A stretch of DNA of 64,000 nucleotides, taken from an uncultured Gemmatimonadales bacterium (lineage in GTDB: Bacteria > Gemmatimonadota > Gemmatimonadetes > Gemmatimonadales > GWC2-71-9). Location of the stretch: NCBI GenBank assembly GCA_963817435.1, contig CAWFNY010000004.1, positions 22,080 to 86,079 on the forward strand, in the 5' to 3' direction. The position numbers were made by a program, and so were the translations under genes. Positions 58,272 through 64,000 of this stretch are shown here, piece by piece. Each line of letters begins with the position of its first letter. Positions within the stretch are counted from its first letter, which is position 1. The notes beneath the pieces were generated by a model. That model made no database searches. It worked only from the letters and a program-made list of their open reading frames with translations, and had not been told where the DNA came from.

Positions 58272-58344
58272 TGGGGTGTAGCTCAACTGGCAGAGCGCCC
58301 GGCTGTTAACCGGGAGGTTGCAGGTTCGACCCCTGCCGCCCCAG
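58272..58344 (+). tRNA. tRNA-Asn (GTT), CCA not encoded
   Basis: Full cloverleaf: acceptor tggggtg/cgcccca, anticodon arm cccgg-ctGTTaa-ccggg, T arm gcagg-ttcgacc-cctgc, G discriminator. Confidence 0.96.
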
Positions 58345-58351
58345 TACCGAC

Positions 58352-58385
58352 CGAAGGGACCACGGCCTGCCGCGTGGTCCCTTCG
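58352..58385. terminator. Hairpin between tRNA-Asn and convergent aceB
   Basis: cgaagggaccacg-N8-cgtggtcccttcg, 13-bp stem. Confidence 0.7.
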
Positions 58386-58390
58386 ACGTT

Positions 58391-59971
58391 TCACCCCAGC
58401 TGCTCGTACGCCGGCAGCGTGAGGAAGTCTTCCGGCGCCGCTCCGAGTACCAGGTGATCCATCAGCGCGGCGGAACTGGCCAGCCGTTCCGTCGATCCAG
58501 GCACGGCCGCAAGCTTGGCGGTCTCCTCCGCCCGGAGCTGCCGATAGAGCTCTGCGGTACAGCGCCGGCCGTCCGCCAGCGTGACGCCCTGACTCACCCA
58601 CTGCCTGAGCTGGGTGCGGGAGATTTCGGCGGTGGCGGAGTCCTCCATCAGATTGGCGATCCCCACCGCGCCCCGCCCGTCCAGCCAGTTCTCGATGTAC
58701 TCGAGCGCGACCCGGATGTTCGTCCGGAGCCCCGATTCACTCACCTGACCGCCGGCAATCCGCACGTTGAGCAGCTGGTCGCGTGTGGTGTGCACCTCTT
58801 CCCGCAGCCGGTCCTTCTGGTTCGGCCGGGTACCGAGCCTGGCGTTGAAGACCTCGAGCACTGCGCCTACCAGGTCGGGATGGGCCACCCAGGAGCCATC
58901 GAAGCCGTCCGCCGCCTCACGCGTCTTGTCTTCGCCGACCCGCATCATCGCCGTGGCGTTGACCTCCGCATCCTTCCGCGAGGGGATGAACGCCGCCATG
59001 CCGCCGATGGCGTGGGCGCCACGGCGATGGCAGGTACGGACCAGCAGCTCGGTGTAGGCCCGCATGAACGGCACCGTCATGGTGACCTGGCTTCGGTCGG
59101 GCAGGACGAATTCGGGCCGGTGGCCGAAGTTCTTCAGGATCGAGAAGATGTAGTCCCACCGGCCGGCGTTGAGTCCGCTGGCATGGTCGCGGATCTCGTA
59201 GAGGATCTCCTCCATCTCGAAGGCGGCGAGAATGGTCTCGATGAGCACCGTCGCCCGGATGGTGCCCTGGGGAATCCCCAGGGCCGACTGGGCGTGCACG
59301 AAGACGTCGTTCCACAGCCTGGCCTCGAGATGGCTCTCCAGCTTGGGAAGGTAGAAGTAGGGTCCGCTGCCCCGGCGGAGCAGTTCGGCGGCGTTATGGA
59401 AAAAGTAGAGCCCGAAATCGAAGAGACTGCCCGACACCGGCGCGCCATCGAGGAGGACATGCTTCTCGTTCAGGTGCCAGCCCCGCGGCCGGACGACCAG
59501 CGTGGCAATCGTCTCGGCCAGCCGGTATTCCCTCCCGTCCGGCGCCCGGAAGGTGATGGTCCGTCGTACCGCGTCCTGGCAGTTCCCCTGTCCCGCAATC
59601 ACGTTCTCCCACGTCGGGGATAGCGCGTCCTCGAAGTCGCCCATGAAGACCTTTGCCCCCGAATTGAAGGCGTTGATCATCATCTTGCGCTCGACCGGCC
59701 CGGTGATCTCCACCCGGCGGTCATCCAGGTCGGCCGGTGCCGGTGCCACCCGCCAGGGGCCCTCCCGGACGCTGATCGTGTCGCGGAGGAAATCGGGGAG
59801 GGCGCCGGCCTGAAAGGTCTGGCGCCGTTCACGCCGTGTCTGCAGCAGGGCCTGGCGTCTCGGCTCGAAGCGCTGGAAGAGATCGGTGATGAAGCCGAGG
59901 GCGTCCGGGGTGAGGACGCGATCGCTGTCTGAGAGTGCCGGGCCGATGATCTTGAGTGGAGCGCGGTTCAT
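58391..59971 (-). CDS. aceB: Malate synthase A
   Basis: [83 protein letters not shown]. Confidence 0.96.
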   Translation of the reverse strand: MNRAPLKIIGPALSDSDRVLTPDALGFITDLFQRFEPRRQALLQTRRERRQTFQAGALPDFLRDTISVREGPWRVAPAPADLDDRRVEITGPVERKMMINAFNSGAKVFMGDFEDALSPTWENVIAGQGNCQDAVRRTITFRAPDGREYRLAETIATLVVRPRGWHLNEKHVLLDGAPVSGSLFDFGLYFFHNAAELLRRGSGPYFYLPKLESHLEARLWNDVFVHAQSALGIPQGTIRATVLIETILAAFEMEEILYEIRDHASGLNAGRWDYIFSILKNFGHRPEFVLPDRSQVTMTVPFMRAYTELLVRTCHRRGAHAIGGMAAFIPSRKDAEVNATAMMRVGEDKTREAADGFDGSWVAHPDLVGAVLEVFNARLGTRPNQKDRLREEVHTTRDQLLNVRIAGGQVSESGLRTNIRVALEYIENWLDGRGAVGIANLMEDSATAEISRTQLRQWVSQGVTLADGRRCTAELYRQLRAEETAKLAAVPGSTERLASSAALMDHLVLGAAPEDFLTLPAYEQLG

Positions 59972-60062
59972 GACGTCGAACTCGTGACGGGAGGCAGGGG
60001 GCGTGGAGTGGGATCTGGCCCTGAATTGTAGCCACCCGCGCCGCGAACGCTGGGTGGCTCGC

Positions 60063-60449
60063 CTATTCGGCGGGCCCTACCCGCGGCGGGCAGGCGTCCA
60101 GCCAGACCTGTTCCGCGGGGTCGAAGACACGCGATCGGGTCAGGAAGCGGACGCCGAGCGGCGCCTCGAGGGAGAAGCCGCCGCCGCGGCCCGGCACCAC
60201 GTCGATCAGGAGCTGGGTGTGGCGCCAGAGGTCGTACTGCTGCCCGCCGATGTAGACCGGCACGCCCGCGACGTCGCCAAGGTGCACGTCCCGCGCGCCC
60301 ACCCGGAATTCCCGCGCCGGGTAGCACATCGGCGAGCTGCCGTCGCAGCAGCCGCCGGACTGGTGAAAGAGCAGCGGACCGTGCTCAGCCACCAGCTGGC
60401 TGAGCACGGCCCGCGCCTCAGGGGTGATGTCGACCCGCTGTACGGTCAC
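60063..60449 (-). CDS. DUF779 family protein
   Basis: [45 protein letters not shown]; typical neighbour of aldB. Confidence 0.92.
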   Translation of the reverse strand: MTVQRVDITPEARAVLSQLVAEHGPLLFHQSGGCCDGSSPMCYPAREFRVGARDVHLGDVAGVPVYIGGQQYDLWRHTQLLIDVVPGRGGGFSLEAPLGVRFLTRSRVFDPAEQVWLDACPPRVGPAE

Positions 60450-60453
60450 CGGC

Positions 60454-62007
60454 TCAGAAGAAGCCGAGCTTCTTCGGGCTGTAGCTCACCAGCATGTTCT
60501 TGGTCTGCTGGTAGTGGTTCATCATCATCTTGTGGTTCTCGCGCCCGATGCCCGACTGCTTGTACCCGCCGAAGGCTGCGTGCGCGGGGTAGGCGTGATA
60601 GCAGTTGGTCCACACCCGTCCTGCCTTGATCGCCCGCCCCATGCGGTAGCAGGTGTTCGCGTCGCGGCTCCAGACGCCCGCCCCGAGTCCGTAGAGGGAG
60701 TCGTTGGCGATGGCGAGCGCGTCATCCTGGGTCTTGAACTTCGTCACCGACACCACCGGGCCGAAGATCTCCTCCTGGAAGATCCGCATCTTGTTGTTGC
60801 CTTCGAAGATCGTCGGCTGGATGTAGTAGCCGTCCTTGAGCTCGCCCGGATGCACCCGGCGGGCGCCGCCGGTCAGGATCTTCGCGCCTTCCTTCTTCCC
60901 GATATCGACGTAGCTCAGGATCTTTTCCATCTGGTCATTGGAGGACTGGGCGCCGATCATGGTGGCCGGGTCGAGCGGACTGCCCTCGATGATCGCCTTG
61001 GTGCGCGCCACGGCCCGCTCCATGAACTTGTCGTAGATCGACTCCTGCACCAGCGCGCGCGAGGGACAGGTGCAGACCTCGCCCTGGTTGAGCGCGAACA
61101 TCGTGAAGCCCTCGAGCGCCTTGTCGAAGAAGTCGTCGTCGGCCTCCATCACGTCGGCGAAGAAGATGTTCGGCGACTTGCCACCGAGCTCGAGGGTGAC
61201 CGGGATCAGGTTCTCGGACGCATACTGCATGATCAGCCGGCCGGTCGTGGTCTCGCCGGTGAAGGCGATCTTGGCGATCCGGGGGCTGGACGCCAGCGGC
61301 TTGCCCGCCTCGACGCCGAAGCCGTTCACCACATTGACCACGCCGCTCGGCAGGATGTCGGCCAGCAGCTCCATCAGCACCAAGATGGACATCGGGGTCT
61401 GCTCGGCCGGCTTGAGCACGACGCAGTTTCCGGCCGCGAGCGCCGGTGCCAGCTTCCAGGTCGCCATCAGCAGCGGGAAATTCCACGGAATGATCTGGCC
61501 CACCACGCCGAGTGGCTCGTGGAAGTGATAGGCGACGGTGTCGTGGTCGATCTCGCCGATGCTCCCCTCCTGCGCCCGCAGCACGCCGGCGAAATAGCGG
61601 AAGTGGTCGACCGCCAGCGGGAGGTCGGCGGCCCGCGTCTCCCGGATCGGCTTGCCGTTGTCGAGCGTCTCGACGAAGGCCAGCGTCTCGAGGTGCTGCT
61701 CCATCCGGTCGGCGATCTTGTTCAGGATGATTGCCCGGAAGGTCGCGGAGGTCTGATTCCAGCTCAGCGCCGCGGCATGGGCGGCATCGAGCGCGCGGTC
61801 CACATCCTCATGCGTGGAACGGGCGACCTCGCACAGCGGCTGCCCCGTCACCGGGGTGATGTTGGTGAAGTACTGCCCCTTTACCGGGGCGCGATACTCG
61901 CCGCCGATCCAGTTGTCGTAGCGGGCGCGAATCGGGATCGAAGTCTTGAAGCCGGCGGCGGCTGATGGCAGCGTGGCGCTGGGGTTTTGCGTGCTGGCAG
62001 TGCCCAT
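60454..62007 (-). CDS. aldB: Acetaldehyde dehydrogenase (AldB/ExaC-like)
   Basis: [57 protein letters not shown]. Confidence 0.93.
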   Translation of the reverse strand: MGTASTQNPSATLPSAAAGFKTSIPIRARYDNWIGGEYRAPVKGQYFTNITPVTGQPLCEVARSTHEDVDRALDAAHAAALSWNQTSATFRAIILNKIADRMEQHLETLAFVETLDNGKPIRETRAADLPLAVDHFRYFAGVLRAQEGSIGEIDHDTVAYHFHEPLGVVGQIIPWNFPLLMATWKLAPALAAGNCVVLKPAEQTPMSILVLMELLADILPSGVVNVVNGFGVEAGKPLASSPRIAKIAFTGETTTGRLIMQYASENLIPVTLELGGKSPNIFFADVMEADDDFFDKALEGFTMFALNQGEVCTCPSRALVQESIYDKFMERAVARTKAIIEGSPLDPATMIGAQSSNDQMEKILSYVDIGKKEGAKILTGGARRVHPGELKDGYYIQPTIFEGNNKMRIFQEEIFGPVVSVTKFKTQDDALAIANDSLYGLGAGVWSRDANTCYRMGRAIKAGRVWTNCYHAYPAHAAFGGYKQSGIGRENHKMMMNHYQQTKNMLVSYSPKKLGFF

Positions 62008-62097
62008 GGAGTCCTCCAGGCGGTGATGAAAGGATGAGACTGGTCGAGCGCTGGCGGGCGACTCGGATCGCTCGGGCGGCGCCGACAACTGGACCCG

Positions 62098-62126
62098 ACG
62101 CTAGGAGCCGGCTTCGGGGGGGTCAA
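62098..62126 (-). promoter_or_regulatory. Sigma70-type promoter for aldB
   Basis: Minus strand: TTGACC (62126-62121), 17-nt spacer, TAGCGT (62103-62098). Confidence 0.55.
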
Positions 62127-62133
62127 GCCCAGC

Positions 62134-62204
62134 GCGACAAATGTCCCGCCACTTCTGTCGCCCTTCCCGCATCCGGGAGGTATGTTCCGGGACAGGATTG
62201 TCGC
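62134..62204. promoter_or_regulatory. GACA-Nx-TGTC inverted repeats (putative regulator sites)
   Basis: gcgaca-aa-tgtccc (62134-62147), tgtcgc (62156-62161), gggaca-ggat-tgtcgc (62189-62204). Confidence 0.5.
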
Positions 62205-62247
62205 CTATCGTTCTGCGTCTCTGACCCCGTCGCAGGGGAGCCGCCAG

Positions 62248-63639
62248 ATGGAGCCCTCCGAGACCATCCCGTTCCAGCCTGAAGCCCAGCGTGAGCTGGA
62301 GCGGCACTGGAGTGCGCTCGTCGGGGGACACCGCCATGGCGCGGCGGTGATGCAGGCAAAGGGGATCCGCGGGCTGGTCCGGGAGTCGTGGCACCGGAGT
62401 TCCGATGCCGAGGTCCGGCCGGACCTCGGCAGCGCCCCGGTGGTGCTCGACGACAATCAGGTCCAGGTCGCCGCCGAGCAGTCCGACTGGCTCGATGTCG
62501 CCATGCGCGCCGTCGCGCGGCAGCAGCGGTCCTTCGGCGGCGTCGGCCATATCCTGTCGATTTTCGATCATGAAGCCCGGATGCTCTCCTCCGAGGGCGA
62601 TCCCGCCGCGCTCGAGGGTCTGGCCGAAATCAACTTCCGGCCCGGCGGCCTGTGGACGGAGGAGGCGGTCGGCACCAACGGCCCCGGCACGGCGCTGGTC
62701 ACCGGGGCGGCGACCCACATCGTCGGGGCCGAGCACTTCTGCGAGCGCTGGCACCGCTGGCACTGCGCCGCCGTCCCGATTCGCGATCCCGCCACCGACC
62801 GGATCGCCGGCGTCCTCGACATCAGCGGTTTCCGCGAATACGCCCACCCGCACACCCTGAGCCTCGCCCTCGCGCTGGTGGTCGCCATCGAGCAGACCCT
62901 GGCCGCGCGCGAGGTCGAGCGCCGCTACCTCACCCTCCAGAGCTTCACCGATCTCACCACCCGCTATCCCGGCGATGCCGTGCTCGCGCTGGATCGCGGC
63001 GGACGCATGGTTGGCGCGACACCGTCGCTCTCGCCGGCCCTCACGGACTCGCTGTCGTCGATGATGCGTCACGCCGCGGAAGGACTCCCCAGCGAGACCG
63101 CTTCGCCGGTGGTGATCAACGACCGGTGCACGGCGCTCTGGTTCCCGGTGCTGCAGGGTCGGATAGTCGTGGGTGGATGTCTTGTGCTGGAGGGTGGAGC
63201 CTCGCGGACGGGCAGCGAAGGGATTCCCTTCCGCCCGGGGGACGTGCCCGTGTATGCCCGGCGCTTCTTCGAGGCCGGCGCCCGCGACCTCGGCCGCCTC
63301 GCCGTGGCGGTGGACCCGGAAGTGTACGACGCGCTGCAGGCCTATCACTGGCCGGGCAACGTGCGTGAACTCAAGAACGTGATCCGCCGGGTGCTGCTGG
63401 CGACCGGGCGCCAGGTCCGCCTCACCGATCTTCCCCAGTTCATTCGCGAGGCCCACGCCGGCGGCCGCGCCCTGGCAACTTCGGCCATCGACCGGGAGGA
63501 TGCCGAGCTCAAGCGGGTGGTGCAGGAGTCCCGGACCATGGCCGAGGCCGCCGCCCGGCTCGGGGTGACCCGCAGCACCCTCTATCGGCGCATGGAGCGA
63601 TTCGGGCTGAAGCCGAAGCGGGTCCTGGGGCGGGAATAA
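62248..63639 (+). CDS. AcoR-like GAF + Fis-HTH regulator lacking the AAA+ core
   Basis: GAF (WTEEAVGTNGPGTAL, WHCAAVPIRDP), lid WPGNVRELKNVI, HTH AAARLGVTRSTLYRRM. No Walker A, GAFTGA or Walker B. Confidence 0.82.
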   Translation: MEPSETIPFQPEAQRELERHWSALVGGHRHGAAVMQAKGIRGLVRESWHRSSDAEVRPDLGSAPVVLDDNQVQVAAEQSDWLDVAMRAVARQQRSFGGVGHILSIFDHEARMLSSEGDPAALEGLAEINFRPGGLWTEEAVGTNGPGTALVTGAATHIVGAEHFCERWHRWHCAAVPIRDPATDRIAGVLDISGFREYAHPHTLSLALALVVAIEQTLAAREVERRYLTLQSFTDLTTRYPGDAVLALDRGGRMVGATPSLSPALTDSLSSMMRHAAEGLPSETASPVVINDRCTALWFPVLQGRIVVGGCLVLEGGASRTGSEGIPFRPGDVPVYARRFFEAGARDLGRLAVAVDPEVYDALQAYHWPGNVRELKNVIRRVLLATGRQVRLTDLPQFIREAHAGGRALATSAIDREDAELKRVVQESRTMAEAAARLGVTRSTLYRRMERFGLKPKRVLGRE

Positions 63640-63672
63640 CTCCACCCTACAGGGCGGGGTTACTTTCCGCGC

Positions 63673-64000
63673 GTGACCGAGTCCCCCTCCGAACGGCACG
63701 ATCCCTACGCGGCGCTTCGGGTCGCCGACTTCCGCCGCTTCATCGCCTGCCTGATGGCGCAGACCTTCGGCACGATGATCCAGGCGGTCGTGGTGGGGTG
63801 GCAGCTCTATCAGGTCACGCACGATCCGCTCTCCCTGGGGCTCGTCGGCCTTGCGGAGGCGCTGCCCTTCATCGCGTTCGCGCTGCCCGCCGGCCAGCTC
63901 GCGGACCGGGTCGACCGCCGCCGCGTCTGTCTCGCCGCCCTGCTGGTGCTGTTCGGTTGCGCGGCGGCGCTGTTCGGGTTGACGGTGGCCGGTGCGCTGC
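63673..64000 (+). CDS. MFS transporter (3'-truncated by window edge)
   Basis: GTG start; PYAALRVADFRRF...VGWQLYQVTHDPLSLGLVGLAEALP...GQLADRVDRRR. Confidence 0.85.
   Translation, partial: MTESPSERHDPYAALRVADFRRFIACLMAQTFGTMIQAVVVGWQLYQVTHDPLSLGLVGLAEALPFIAFALPAGQLADRVDRRRVCLAALLVLFGCAAALFGLTVAGAL

Noticed and set aside
58272-58344. tRNA as an integration site for a prophage or island
   Set aside because: No integrase and no duplicated tRNA 3' end seen in the window.
1-64000. CRISPR arrays, IS elements, rRNA
   Set aside because: No spaced repeats, transposase motifs or rRNA-like sequence seen.

Overview
High-GC bacterial chromosomal window; gene content and style suggest Gemmatimonadota (inference). 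No intact mobile element or CRISPR array was seen. Left to right: alpha-2-macroglobulin + pbpC, an aldo/keto reductase, an addAB-like helicase/nuclease pair, two M42-family genes, and an arginine operon (argG-DUF1611-like-argC-argD-argF'-argB-argE-argH-argR) with no argA/argJ. Then a CPA2 antiporter, a decayed nucleotidyltransferase pair, SDRs, D-aminoacylase, serine hydrolase, xdhC, a DsbA-like gene, a PHI-1/EXORDIUM-like secreted protein, and a carbamoyltransferase-SxtJ-DUF5989 + SGNH module. At ~43.5-57 kb is a storage-lipid cluster: FadD, ChoD-like GMC oxidase, ArsA/Get3 pair, PhaR-like regulator, phasin, patatin, WS/DGAT, ABC1 kinase, class I HMG-CoA reductase and an alpha/beta hydrolase. 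The right end holds mocA-like, tRNA-Asn, aceB, DUF779, aldB, an AcoR-like regulator lacking its AAA+ core, and a partial MFS gene. Top leads: (1) an Asn-rich leader peptide with a full attenuator whose only downstream target is tRNA-Asn(GTT); (2) a PhaC-less lipid-droplet-like cluster; (3) a DUF1611/DgcN-like protein that may replace ArgA. Single-base frameshifts in pbpC, argH and argR may be assembly errors. All family calls come from motif recognition by eye; no database searches were run.
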